Shown here: positions 36,918 through 50,670 of the stretch, in pieces
How positions within the stretch are numbered: the stretch's first letter is position 1
Layout: each line of letters starts with the position of its first letter
Origin: Paraspadella gotoi
Taxonomy: Eukaryota; Animalia; Chaetognatha
Length of the DNA: 64,000 nt
Direction of reading: 5' to 3'
NCBI GenBank assembly: GCA_051294375.1
Contig: CM119269.1
Coordinates: forward strand, 23,045,497 to 23,109,496
The notes under the pieces: generated by a model
Seen by the model: the letters and a program-made list of their open reading frames with translations, nothing else
Told to the model about the DNA's origin: nothing
Databases searched by the model: none
Made by a program: the position numbers and the translations under genes

Positions 36918-37281
36918 ACGAAAGGTGGGAATAAAAAGGTTCCACTTTATTTTAACTCACCTTGGATACGATTATATCATATATTATATCATTAATACAT
37001 AAAATTAGTAAATTAGAATAGATTAGCTGCTATAAAGTTTAATAGTTAGTTGTAAAACTTTATAAATATTATTTATATGATAAAATCTAATATAAATATT
37101 TTTAACGCGCTTCAAAAAAACATTCACTATGACGAACAACAGTCAAACTATTGATCACTAAAGACATATGTAGAAAATGTTTATTATAAACATAACATTA
37201 ACATTATTAACATTAACTTAAGTTAGGCACAAAACTAGACTTTTGAAAATAAAAGAAACTAACCAAATCTACCAATCTACC

Positions 37282-37345
37282 CTAACTTAACTTAACTTAA
37301 CTTAACTTAACTTAACTTAACTTAACTTAACTTAACTTAACTTAA
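37282..37345. repeat. (CTTAA)n pentanucleotide microsatellite
   Basis: About 12 perfect units. Confidence 0.95.
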
Positions 37346-37659
37346 CTTAACTTAACTTAATTTAACAATTTACCCTTCGAGATTCAACCGCATTTTCGAT
37401 TGAACAAACGTCAAGGATTTTGAAGGAAGGAAATAAATTTGTTTAAACTTTTCACCTCAATTTTTGTTTTAAAATCAAAACGGGAAGATATCATAATAGA
37501 ATTGATTACAAACTAAGTAAATAAAAGTTAACTGTAAAAACTGTTCGAAATAAAAATTTAGGAAAAAAAAAAGATAAGAAAAGTCAATTAAAACTTATAG
37601 AATAAAAAAGTTAAATAAAAAAATTAAAAGTGAAGAGACAGTAATTATTGTTATGTGTT

Positions 37660-37827
37660 AGTGACAGAACCGTTCAATATGAGCAGTCCCTGAGCTTTGG
37701 ACCAGGCTGTAGCACCATGTTAAAGGCGGGTTAAGCGCCCCGTCCCTCTTAACTGCGAGGCGACCACCGGGCTAGAATCCCGGACCTTTGGGTTGGGAGG
37801 CGAATGACTTTCCTCCAGCACCAATGC
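37660..37827 (-). mobile_element. Probable tRNA-Gly-derived SINE-like element
   Basis: Minus-strand head GCATTGGTGCTGGAGGAAAGTCATTCGCCTCCCAACCCAAAGGTCCGGGATTCTAGCCCGG resembles tRNA-Gly (GCATTGGTGG...CTCGCCTCCCAC...CCCGGGTTC..TTCCCGG), followed by a GC-rich body. Single copy in the window. Confidence 0.45.
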
Positions 37828-38220
37828 AATGGCCGCTGAAGAACGATTGGTGGATTTTAGTCCACCATAAAAGTAAACAAACATTTACCAAAAGAAAAAT
37901 TAAAAATAACTTGACGCTAACCAGTTTGTTGATGAAGACGCCGACGACAACAACGACGACGACGACAACTCTTAACCACTCGAATTATTTGGAAAGTGTT
38001 CAGGTGCGACTCTCGGTCATTATAGCCATCCGATATTTAACTGGCACCTGGATCGATATTTAACTGGCACCTGGATCGTTTTGAGATAACTGGATGTTAA
38101 CTCTACCGGCGCGATCAGGCAACTCTTGTAAATTCGCCTGACCTGACCAAGCTACGCCTCAACGAAAGCTAAGGGTTCAATCTTAAATTCAGGTTAGTTT
38201 TCTTATCGACGAGATGGTTT

Positions 38221-38339
38221 AAAGTCGTTGCTACTTTGTTTTCTCGACGGAAGAAACTGCCAATTTGATTAACTGCTGCTGCTACCAAGAAACGGGAAAT
38301 TGAACTAACCTTGAGGCAAACAAAGTAACAACGATTTTT
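38221..38339. mobile_element. Small MITE-like inverted repeat
   Basis: AAAGTCGTTGCTACTTTGTT (38221) vs AACAAAGTAACAACGATTTT (38320): 18/20 complementary. Confidence 0.4.
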
Positions 38340-39509
38340 ATGAGAATATATTTATTTCCGGATGTATTTGAAAGGCGATTAATCATTAAATTTGTCGGTT
38401 TATATATTTAAAAGTGACGGATTATCTTCTTTTTTTTTTCAGTTCAAAATTTGAATTTTGCAAAATGTATGTGAATTAGTAAAATGATCCAAAATATATT
38501 CAAAAGATTAAAAGTCAATAAATTTCCCGTCCGTTTTTCCTAAAAACCGCAAAAAGAATTTCATTTTAAGTTTTAATCGAATTTAATCCAACTTCGCCCT
38601 AATTGTTTTTTTCATTTTCCGCATCTGTCCCGACAGCCGCCCCCCCCCCCCCCCGCACTTCCCTCTTCCTCTCTTCCTTTAACCCACTTCCCTTCCTCTT
38701 CCCCTCCTCCTCCTCCTCTCCTTTCCCCTATTTCCCTAACTTCTCCTACTCCCCCTCTTCCCCTTCTCTTCCCCTCCTCCTCTCCTCCTCCTTTTTCTTC
38801 CCTCCTCTTCCTCTCCCCTACTCCCACCCAAGTCTGACTGTTCCGGAACAAAAATTAAATGACAAAATACTACAAAAATAATAAAAAACTACAAATACGA
38901 AAAATAAATAATACTAGTGATAATAAATAATACTAATAAAAAAATACTAATAATAAATAATAAATACTGCTAATAATAATTAATAGTTTTAATACTAAAA
39001 ATATTTTAAAAAACTACAAAAAAAAATACCCAATGTTAATAAACTACAGAGCCTTTTTTATCTTTATTTTATTAAGGATTTTTTTCCAAATTACAAATGC
39101 TTAGTTTACTGTATCACATCGTAAAATACAGTGAGCAATTTTTAGTGTCACGACCGTGAAAAGAAAATGTGAAACACAAATGATTTTAGGACGAAAATTG
39201 TGATGTCAGCGTTTGCTGGTGAGCTAGTGTGCTAGTGTGCGAGTTTGCTTTCGTGTCTCCTAAATGTGATGATCCGAAAAAAATTAGCACTTTTTTTTTT
39301 ACTTTACAGTATTTACATTATGAAAATTTGCAAATTACTTGTTTCACTATTTTCTATTTTTATATTTTATGAAGGATTTAGTATTTAATCTATATTATTT
39401 AAACAAATATATATTGCTTTCTTTTTTAAAAATGTTTTATTTATTTAATAATTCAATTTGGGAAGGGGAAGTCAGTGTTTCTTCTGGAAATATTATATTA
39501 AAATATTAT

Positions 39510-39877
39510 GGCCCTTTTTTCCCTAAACGCCCCATTTTAATTTAAATTCAGAATTAAAGGTTAATCTAAATATTAATCTAAAGGTTAATATAAAGATTAA
39601 TCTAAAGGTTAAAATAAAGATTAATCTAAAGAATAATTTAAAGATTAATCTAAAGGTTAATATAAAGATTAATATTTAGATTAATCTAAATTATAATCTA
39701 AAGGTTAATCTAAAGATTAATATAAAGATTAAAGGTTACGCAAGAATTTTCTTAAGAATTAGATTAGTGATAAGCACTACGGTTTTGGTTAAAGATTAGA
39801 TTATGGGTTAAATAATAGTGGGAAGTTAAATATAAAAATTGAAACTAGATTCAGGGTGCTTTTGGAAAATACGGTCC
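39510..39877 (+). mobile_element. MITE-like element enclosing a 13-bp tandem array (AAAGRTTAATMTA)n
   Basis: Left GGCCCTTTTTTCCCTAAACGCCCC vs right GGGTGCTTTTGGAAAATACGGTCC (imperfect inverted repeat). The array spans 39555-39738. Confidence 0.55.
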
Positions 39878-40024
39878 AATTTTTTTTCGCACCGAGGTGG
39901 CCCCGGCAAAGAAAAAACTTCACACCAGAGTGGACGAAATTTTTTTTGTGTTTCAACCTGAGTGTCGCCCCCAACATAAAAAAACCGGATCCATGAAATA
40001 TCGGACGCGGGAGTTTTGCGTGTG

Positions 40025-40061
<37 letters not shown>

Positions 40062-40446
40062 NNNNNNNNNNGAGAGAGAGAGAGAGAGAGAAAAGAATAA
40101 GTTCTCTCGAGTCCCCAACTCAGAGGGTGAGTTCAAATATTCGACGTCGTAAAGATTTTTTACGCTGACGACCGAAGAGGCTACGGGGTCGGGCTCTGTG
40201 CCTTCTCGGGCTCTGTGCCCTTTCGGCTGAGAGCCATCTCGGCTGCGACGAGGCGAGGGGCTCCCGGCCAGCCGTCGTATTTTCCCCTAATTAAAATTAT
40301 CAAGTCTCGTATTTTGGCTGCGGCATTAAAATGCTTTTTTTCTATTTATTTATTTATTTATTTAAAATTAAAAAATCATCTCATCTAACATTCATATTTT
40401 TCTTACTCATACACCTGGTTATTTAAAAATATAATATATAATATTT

Positions 40447-40486
<40 letters not shown>

Positions 40487-43400
40487 TATTCTATTAACAT
40501 AAGTGAGAGACAAGGTACTGTAGCTATTAACAATCAATATTACTCAAATCTCATATGTAATTATCTTACAGTACTAGAATCCTTTATTCCAATATTTTTA
40601 GCCTCAAGATTTCGCAGTTTCGTGCTTTTCCTTCCTTGTCATATTCATGAGGGCAATTTCCTCTCTCTCTCTCTCTCTCTCTCNNNNNNNNNNNNNNNNN
40701 NNNNNNNNCCTCCTCTTCTCTCGTCTCTCTCTCTCCTCTCTCTCTCTTCTCTCTCTCTCTCTCTGCTTTCGAAATGACGACTTTTTTCGGGTTCGCTCAA
40801 GATGAAAGACGAAGATGAATCACGTATAATTCTCCTCTCTCTCTCTCGGCTGTCTTCCTCTCTCTCTCTCTGTCGTGTCTCTCTCTCTTCGACTCTTCAT
40901 CTCTGCTCCTTATCTCCTTTTCTCCCTCCCTCCGCTTTTTTTTCTCCTTAGTTCCTTCTTCTCTCTCTCTCTATAATATATAGTAATATATATATAATAA
41001 TTATAATATATAAGTATATCTCTCTCTGTCTCTCTCTCATCTCTTTTCTCCTCCTTCTCTTTCCCCGTCATACATCAAGCCCACTCCCCCTCCTCTATTT
41101 ACCTTCTTTCTGCTCTGCGGAAATGAGTTTACTTTGTGCTTCTGATCTGAAGTAATTTAAGCACACCAAAGAAAAGAAAGTACTAAAAGGATAAAAAGTA
41201 TACTCCTACTAAGGTATTCTTTTCTTTCAAAGTATATAACACATCGAGATTCACAAAAAAGAACGATACTGAACCGATAACAAACAAAAAATAAAAAATA
41301 AAAACCCAAAAGAAGACAATGCCCACCGCAGACCCACCTTTATTGTAATTAACCCCCCCCAACCCTATCCCCCCAACCGGCCCTTCTGTTGTTTGACTCT
41401 CTAAACCAATCGCATACACTTTTGTAACCAAATATGAGCCTATTACACTATAATTAATCTAAACATCCCATATTTTACCTCAACGTACATAAATTTTTTC
41501 ACCTCTTTTTTATTAACGAGCAATGGATCAAATTTAAGGAAAAAAAAAATTTAATTATTCTCAATTGCGAGTTACAAATTTGATCCCAGATTGGAACTAA
41601 GCGACGAGTAAACCGCACGACACCCATTCAAATTAATTTAGATGACCCACAACAATAGTTATAATTATCAAAACTTTGAACATCACAGGGAGAACATAAA
41701 AAGGGAACGGGCGAAGAAAAGAGTGAAATCACTTCCTAATTGATCTCAAAACCCTAAAATACCAAAAAAACCTTTTTATTTCGCTTTTAATCTTATAGTG
41801 GAGAGCTATTTCCCCGCCGACTTGTTAATTTTAATGTTGTTTTTTCAATTAATTAGAGTTTCCTTGTCTGTTTCCCAAAAATAAATTTGAAGCTATCAAA
41901 CAAAAGATTTTTTTTCTGCCCTTTTTCCTTTTTCTAACCTTATCGGCGACACGAACACAGTTTCTTCTTTAAAAAAAAGTTAAAGAAAAATAAGTTTGCT
42001 TTTCCAATATCTAAAATTTCTTAGACTCCCGCTTCGCCCACTTATCCCTCTTAAGGTAAGCGTGAGATTTTTCCAAGTCCCTGCGATTGGTATATTCTAT
42101 TCACAAAAAAAAAAAAAAAAAAAAACCAAAAAAAATAAAATAAAAAAAAAAACAAAAAAAATAAAAAAAAAAAAAAAATAAAACATATTAAAAACAAAAA
42201 TAGTAATAATTAAAAAAAATTAAATAAGAAAAACTGTGCTCTAAAAAAAAAAAATCTCGTCCAAGATATATCGAGTCGGATACAAAATCCTCTAGCATTT
42301 TTGTTTCATTCTAATTTTTTTTGGTAAATAAAATTTTCTGGGGTAAAAAAAAAAAAAATAACGAACCGAAAGAGAAAATTTTTTTACAAAAAATTTCAAG
42401 TATAAGCTGAGCAAGTCTTTAAGCAAGCTAGCAAGCTCTCCTCCTTTAAATCGCATAATTACAGTGCTTTATGACGCGGAAAAAATTTCTTTTTTTTTTT
42501 TTTTTTTTCTTTTTTTTTGTTCTTTAATCGTTTATATCCTAGTTAAAATATAAAATAATATATTTTGTGATGTCTCATGCCGAAAAAACAAAAAAAATGA
42601 TAGTCTCAAAAAAATTTATAAAGAACAGTCATTTTTATTCCTGTCCAAGAAAGAGTCTGGTGGTCTATCCTTGTCTTCTATCTATATAATGGAGGTTCAT
42701 CCAAGTAGGTTTTCTATCCAGCGAAGATGTGATTCCTTCACCCCTCAGCCCTTTAAACTTCTGAGGTGAGTGCGACAAAAAATACAAAAAAAAAGTTGAT
42801 TGTGGCTATTCGACCATTAACAGTAAAAATCTACATATAAATATAAATTTGAAATGAACGAAATGGATATCTAAAGTTTGACAATTCATTAATTTCGATC
42901 GAGGAATATTAGTGAAAAAGCAATAATGTAAAGGAAACAGAAAAAAAATGGTTGTAAAATCCTAATGACATGAATGAATAAATTTGAAACAGAGTAAAAT
43001 GATGAATTTTAAGAGGGAGTGATTATAATATTTTTTTTTTCTTAAAAACATAATATTATTATTTTCATGATTATTTTATATTAGGAGACGAAAGCGGAGA
43101 CAACTTGAGTGGGCAAGATCGAAATTCGGGAGAGGAAATCGATCGGGCTTGAGACCCTAAGGCCAAGTCTCGCCACATCGATTTATTTTCCGAGTCCATA
43201 AAGCTCGCTATATTTTCGTGATGTGGCTTCCTTCTGTGTTCTCCTCCTATTCCAAAACCGCACGGCCCTTCTCACTACGGTGTTTTCCGTTCCACGATCA
43301 CTACTGAGTACCCGTTCACCTGCCCAGTTGAACGGACGGATTAACAGGGGGTTTCCCCACCCCACTTTTTTTTTCAAGGCCCACCGATCTATCTTCGAAG

Positions 43401-43604
43401 CAATCGGCCTGATAGAGTGGTATCGAATCATATTCTTCCCTTTTAAGTTCTTGCACGAGAGAAATGGTGGAAAAAAGGTTGGCCGAAAATTTTGGATCTT
43501 TGGTTTGATATAAAAGATCCCCAATACCAAATCGGATGCGACTTTGGTGCAGGCTCAGAGTATTAAAAAAAAAAAAAAAGGCTCAATATTAAATTTTTAG
43601 GAAA

Positions 43605-43650
<46 letters not shown>

Positions 43651-45392
43651 AAAAAAAAAAAAAAAGATTAAACTGTTATTCTTTTTCTTCCAAACCTCAC
43701 CAAAGTTGGATACAAAAAAAAAAAAAAAAAAGCGAAAAATAAAGAACAAAAAATACCTAATATTATCCCCCCCCGCCCGCCCTTCCTCCTCCTCTTTTTT
43801 ATTTTTCCCATAAATATTACCAGATTCGATCTTATAAAATTATTTTTTTTTTTTTTTTTTCTCTTTAGGTTAAAAAACTGTTATTATGTAAAAAAAAAAA
43901 AAAATAATATACGCTTCCTTGATCTCCTTTTTTAGTCTCTTTTTCTCCTCTTCTCTTCCTAATCTTCTCTCTGTCCTCTCACTCTCCTCATCTCTTTCTC
44001 TCTCTCTCATTTTTGACACCGAGTGTCTATTATCTCTTACTAACTAGGCATATTTCTTTAATTTTCAAAGTTGATATGATAACATACCACATATATTACC
44101 TCGTGCCGATAGTATAAGTTTTTATAAACGTTTCCAGTTTAGCTTGTAAATTTCATTTAAATATTCGCTTTTTTTTAAACATCTCAGTTTTATTTTTTTA
44201 TTGTTACTGTTTACGTTTTAGGAATTCATAAAATTGAAATTTCTGTATATCCATCTAGTAATAAGTATCTAGATAGGTATATAATGGTATAATATGTTAA
44301 GCAGGCATAAAACATAGATAAAGAATTAAAAAATAACACTAACTACTGCTTTTATTTCTTCTGGTTTTGTTTTTAAAATATTAATTTTCATAAACCAACC
44401 CGAATTTTTTATATCTCAATTTAAATTATTCTTAAGGATAATTTTTTTTTTTTTTTCAATTAATAAAAAAACGTTTTAAAACAGTGAACAAGATTTTTTA
44501 GCTCGATATTTTTTAACTTACTTTTATTTAAGCTCACATTTATTTTTCTCTTTATTTCATTACCATGTTGCTCGTTTGGTAAACTTATTACGTTTTATTC
44601 TCGTAACTATACTGAAAACACAATTGATGTTGACTGTTGATGGGTGTATTGAGAATGATATCGTTTTTATTTGTTATAATACAAAAGAACGTTTATCTTT
44701 TTTTTACCTTTTTCAGACATTTTCATCGTTTGTTTAAGATCAATTGGATGTTGATTATCTTTAAATTATATTAAACAAAAATTTGTTTACCCTCATCTTT
44801 AAAAAAAGAATTCTCTCATAAAAAAATAATAATTTGTAATCATTAGAAAAGCAATAAATGTTACAAATTTACCCCTAATATTTTTTCCTCGACATTCGTT
44901 CTTTGTGTGTTTTAATATAAAAAATCTATGCCCCATGTATGCAACAAAGCTTCTCAATTACTTTTTAATATTCTGGCAGCGGCAGGATCTCGTTTGAAAC
45001 TACACGACGATGGAATAAGAATTATACTATATTATGTTAAATTTTATTAAGATCTGAATATACAATCCTCTTTAAACTCTAAATGTTTTTTAAAAAAATC
45101 TCTAATAAAGACACAATCTTATAAACTTTAAAACCCATCTTGAAGTCTTTAAAGAAAAAAAAATAAATGCCGCTATATATAATTTGTATAGTATAAAAAT
45201 AATATAATACGATTAACATAAAATAGGACATTAAAATATTGGTTTCTTAAGAATCGAATCCAACCCCCCCCCCCCTGACTTTTAAATAAGGGGAAAACAA
45301 AATTAGGTTAATGAGTATTTAAACCAACGATGCTCCATATTTTGTTCGGCTTTTATTGCTAAATTTGCCCCCTCTCTCTCTCTCTCTCTTCT

Positions 45393-45431
<39 letters not shown>

Positions 45432-45927
45432 GCTCTCTGCTTTCCCTCCCTTCTCCCCGTTCTCCCAATGTTATCCATGGGTCCGTGTAACCCAGTTTGC
45501 TCTTGTCCGTGCGTGTTAAGTTCGCTTTATAAATTAGTTTTTGTTTGATCAAGAATTGATCACATATCCCTAGCCGTCCTTTGCCCCCCATCCCTTTTCC
45601 CATTTCCTCCCTTCTCCCTGCCTTTCCCTCTTCTCTCTCTCTCCTTCCTGCCTCCATTCCCCTGCCCCTTCCTTCCACCCGAAAAAGAAAAAATACAAAA
45701 TATTATTCGTGGAGATCAAAAGAAAGACTTTTTTTTTCTCTTTTATTTTTCAGCCAACAATCGATTGAATGAAATTAAAATCGAATTTCCGTCAACTAGA
45801 AATTATATAAAAACTTTTTCTGGTATTATTTATGTTTCGTTTCGTTATAATATAACTTTATACTCAAATTGGTTGCCTGGCTGACAAAATTCTCCAGAAC
45901 AAAAAAAAATCATCTTACTCCCTCCGT

Positions 45928-46021
<94 letters not shown>

Positions 46022-46658
46022 TTACCAACGACGTCTTAAGCAAAACTATTGACTGAATACGACATACTTGTTCATTTAATTGTTAATCGCTTATATTTTC
46101 GCTTTCTCAAAAGATGCATATAGTTAGTATGCATATTTCGAAAAAACAACAAAAAGAAAACAATCTTTCTTCCTTGCCGAAATTAATTTCATGTTTCCCA
46201 AAAAAAAAATCATCTAAAGAAACTGTTTTTTTCCTTATCTCTCTCTCTTCTTACTCTTCTCTCTATTTTAATGGATTGTTTGCAAAATAAAAATCATTTT
46301 AAAACAAACAAAAATGGAAATAAAATTCGTATGCCGTTGTTTTTCTGATTCATTATTTAAACATTAAAAAAAGTCAATGTTCATACACAACAAATCAAAC
46401 AAAAATAAGAATATAAGAGATTTAATTCTCTATTCATTTTTATTTGTGAAAAAAAAAATTACCCGATAGATTTCGGTGTCAAGAAAAAAGAGGAATAAAG
46501 TAGAACGAACGTTTAAAAAAAAATATACTATGTTATTACTAATACAATAAGTTTCTGGCAGTTTAAATAATTTTTTGGGTTTTTTCTCGCCTCATCCTGG
46601 TTTGCTGTAATCTTGCCCAGCTGGTTATTAGATTCTCTCTCTCCTCTCTCTCTCTTCT

Positions 46659-46710
<52 letters not shown>

Positions 46711-48447
46711 CTCTCTCTCTCCCTATCTCTTCCCCTACATTCCTCCCACTCTCTCTCCCTCTTTTCGTTCAAAATAAAAACAAACTGAATGTACATCCAA
46801 TTTTTTTCCCCCAAATTTATGTTCCTCTTCGTAATTTTCAATTACATTTATTTGTAAAACAAAACAAAACAAAATTGAATTACCACCCCCTCCACAAAAA
46901 AACAAAAACATGCCTCTTGAAATGAGAGAGTAAGATTATAAAATGTTTTCACCCCCCCATTTTGGGCCCGGAATTTGGCCACCGCAATGTTTCACACGAT
47001 GGAATAATTATTAAACTTTGTTTTACCTTTTTTTTCCATTGGTCTTGGGCTCTCGCCTCTTCGCTGGTTACCTCTAAAATAATCAATAAACGAATAAAAT
47101 ACAATATTTGATTTCATTTCAATGCTGGTTTTTCTTCCAGTATATTCCACGACGGAATCCATGTTTCAATACCGTGCTACTCTCTCCTCTCATGATCCTC
47201 TACATTGGAACCCGAACATGAACCAACTCTCTGCTGAACCATCAAATAAAAAACATAAGAAATATCTTTATTTTCTTACGGATTCATATACCTTCTCTTT
47301 TTTTATCTCTTTCGCACTTCCCCTCCTCTCTCTCTCTCTCCTCTTCTCTTTCTCTCTCTGCTCTCACGTCGGGATGGATTGACCCCGACGAAATACTACC
47401 AGCCTCGTCTTTCGTATTTTGGAGATGATCTTTTTCGTTTTATTTCTTCGTTCGGGTCACGTGATCCCTTTTCCCACTCTCGTCGTTAAGTGACCCGACT
47501 TTGTACTCATCTTCTAATTTCCCATGAATCTCTTTTAGTCACGTGACACTAATCCTATTTCTCTCAGTGTCTTCTCATAATTAAAATATTTCAGTAAAAA
47601 CATCAAAATGATATTTTTAATTATTGAATAAGCTAACTTAACTAATTTTTGGATGGGTTATCCTGGTGTTGAAAACTTAATTATTCTACCGGGACCTTAC
47701 TGAACTTTTTTTTTAGTTTTCAGGCAGTTCAATCCATAATAACTTAAATGTACATAAAAGTATTTTCTTAATATAATATTCCCGATATTGGGCCCTTGAT
47801 CGAGCATAAATTTATGAGTTTTTATTTAAAAGTTTTTTCGTAACTTTCAACGTTCATAGCATCATAAAGATTATTTAGATTCCTTCCGAGAAATTCTATT
47901 CGGTCCAATTAAATAATATTCAATCAAAGTTGAGAATTCCCTCTTTGACGACGTTGGGAGATTTTTAAAACAATCAGCGACCGAGAAAGGGAAAAGTTTC
48001 GAACCAATCAGCTTCTTTCTCGACGTAAATTAACAAATTTCGATGCTAATTGTTGACCGGGAATAAAGATACAAAACAATTTCAAGGTCGTACGTCGGGT
48101 TTCGGAATTCGAAATATTCACAGCTGGCCAATTAGATGATATAAATCGATAATGAAGAGCCAATCAGAAGCTCTGATAATCGAACAATTTGATTCTCAAT
48201 TTTTTTGACGCAAAAAGTATAAAATAGGATCTTATTTTGTAATCATCTTGGTTTCGTCAATTTAAATAAGGAATGAGGTAATTTTTAAAAGTAAAGAGAT
48301 AAAAATATGGAGAGAGAGAGAGAGAGAGAGAGAGATATTACCGACATACAGACACACGGATAGACAGTGAGACTGACTCCTATACTGATTGGCGGACACA
48401 GACAGACTGGCAATCACAGCGATGAAAAAACTCGTCTTTAAATTTGG

Positions 48448-49189
48448 GGCCTTATTTTCCCCGAATGCCCTATTTCATTTTAAATTCGAAATTAGATTAA
48501 TTTTTTGAGTTAAATATTAAGCAAGTAGTTAGGGTTAAGGGTTAAATGTAATATAATATAATATAACATCTATGGCTTTTCAGCAGCTATGGAACAGGTC
48601 CTGAGATTAGAACCAAACTTGAAAGTTTTTTATGTTCCAAAATAGTTTACGGCCGTCCTCATACTTGCTGCAGGGTTTGAACCTGATACCTAGTGGTTAT
48701 GAGCTGATAGTTTTACTCAATGAGCCACCGGGTCACAACTGAAAGTGTTATGCTTATAAGCGGGATGAATTTAAGCTGTGCCTAACTATATATTAGTAAT
48801 TAAGGTTAAGGATTAAGGTTAGGGATTAAGGTTAGGGATTAAGGTTAATGATTAAGGTTAGTGATTAAGGATAGTGATTAAGGTTAGGGATTAAGGTTAG
48901 GGATTAAGGTTAGGGATTAAGGTTAATGATTAAGGTTAATGATTAAGGTTAGTGATTAAGGTTGGGGATTAAGGTTAGGGATTAAGGTTAGAGATTAGGT
49001 TAGGGATTAAGTTAGAGATTAGGTTAGGGATTAAGGTTAGGGATTAAGGTTAGGGATTTGATTAATAATTATAGATAAAGGTTTAGGATTAAGGATTATG
49101 TTATAGATTTAATTATTTAGATTAAATATTTATATAATTAAATTCTGAGATAAAGTAACAAAAATGGAGCGCTTTTGGAAAAGAGAGCC
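48448..49189 (+). mobile_element. MITE-like element enclosing telomere-like (ATTAAGGTTAGGG)n, with a nested LTR
   Basis: Left GGCCTTATTTTCCCCGAATGCCCTATTT vs right AAATGGAGCGCTTTTGGAAAAGAGAGCC. About 20 13-bp units at 48799-49057. Confidence 0.6.
48570..48790 (-). mobile_element. Diverged solo LTR of the TRIM family
   Basis: TGGAACAGGTCCTG...TTTACTCAATGAGCCACCGGGTC..CTGAAAGTG..ATGCTTATAAGCGGG...CTAACTATA aligns to 8600-8838. Confidence 0.8.
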
Positions 49190-50047
49190 GTTGTCCTTAT
49201 GTTATTGTTTCTTTGTTGTCGTTGTTTTGTTGTTTTTCGAAGTTGTCCTAATTTTTTGTTTTTGTTTGTCCGATCATCAATTTATTGTTGTGACTTGAAT
49301 CTCGTCTGTTTTTTCTGCTGTGAAATTGTGAACCGTGAAAATCGTTTGTGAAACAAGAAAAAAAGCCGACGTGAAAAAGGAGAGAGAGAGAGAGANNNNN
49401 NNNNNNNNNNNNNNNATAAATAAATAAATAAATAAATAAATAATAAAAAATAAAAAATAAATAAATAAATAAAGTTATCTCCTAGAACACCTTGCTTTTT
49501 TTTAAATAACATTGCTAAAACTAAAAGCTTGTACAAACATTTATATTCGTTAGGATTTATTGTTCTTTTTTACTTCTATTCATTTTTAGTTTTACTTTCT
49601 GATTTCATCGCATCACAAAAACCGGATTTAACAATTAATGTGTTAATTGTTGATACTCGTATAAAATGCATGCACCAAAAAGCATTTACTAATTTTTTGG
49701 GCAAATATCAATTATTTGACTTAGTATTTTGTGAATTATACTGTATTAAATTTTATATCATGTGATTGATATCTTCAGTGATCATGTGACTGCGCAAGTA
49801 TGCTACATATGCATATTTCTACTAAATATGAATTTAATAAATACAATATTAATAAAATTAGAAATATTTTATGTATAAATAGGACAGACCGATGGACGGA
49901 CCGATGGACGGACCGATGGACAGACCGATGGACGGACCGACGATTCTCGCGTCGCAACTAAAAAAAAAACTCGGGGAAAAGTGAAACCACGAAAATGAAC
50001 GTCACGATTCGTTAAAACTCGAATGATTCATCTTGACTTGCGGAAGT

Positions 50048-50093
<46 letters not shown>

Positions 50094-50286
50094 GCAAGAA
50101 TAAGACGAAAAAGAAAGAAAAGAGAGAAAAGAGAGGTTATGAGAAAGGATAGTGGGGTAAGTTAGGAATGAGTTAAGAAAGAGGAGCAAAAGAGAGAGGA
50201 GCAAACGATAGGGATCGCGAAGACACAGGAGCAAAGTTAAATGAAGTCACGCGAAGCTGCGTTTCCTTGGGAGTTTCGGGAGGAAA

Positions 50287-50670
50287 TGCAATCAAAGGAG
50301 ATTTGATTTTGGATTTAATACAATCAGATGCAATTAAAGGAGATTGATTTTTGATTGAATACAATCAGATTCAATCAAAGGAGATTGATTTTGGATTGAA
50401 TACAATCAGATGCAATCAAAGGAGATTGATTTTGGATTGAATACAATCAGATGCAATCAAAGGAGCTTGATTTTGGATTGAATACAATCAGATGCAATCA
50501 AAGGAGAATATATTCGGATAAAATACTATCAGATTCAATCAAAGGAGATTGATTTTGGATTGAATACAATCAGATTCAATCAAAGGAGATTGATTTTGGA
50601 TTGAATACAATCAGATTCAATCAAAGGAGATTGATTTTGGATTGAATACAATAAAATCTAAGGAGAATAT
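50287..50670 (+). repeat. 41-bp minisatellite ATCAAAGGAGATTGATTTTGGATTGAATACAATCAGATKCA
   Basis: Units at 50291, 50333, 50374, 50415, 50456, 50497, 50538, 50579 and 50620, with decayed units to ~50840. Confidence 0.92.

Noticed and set aside
48799-49057. True telomere or chromosome-fusion site
   Set aside because: The unit is a 13-mer, not pure TTAGGG. It is internal, single-orientation and bounded by TIR-like ends found elsewhere.
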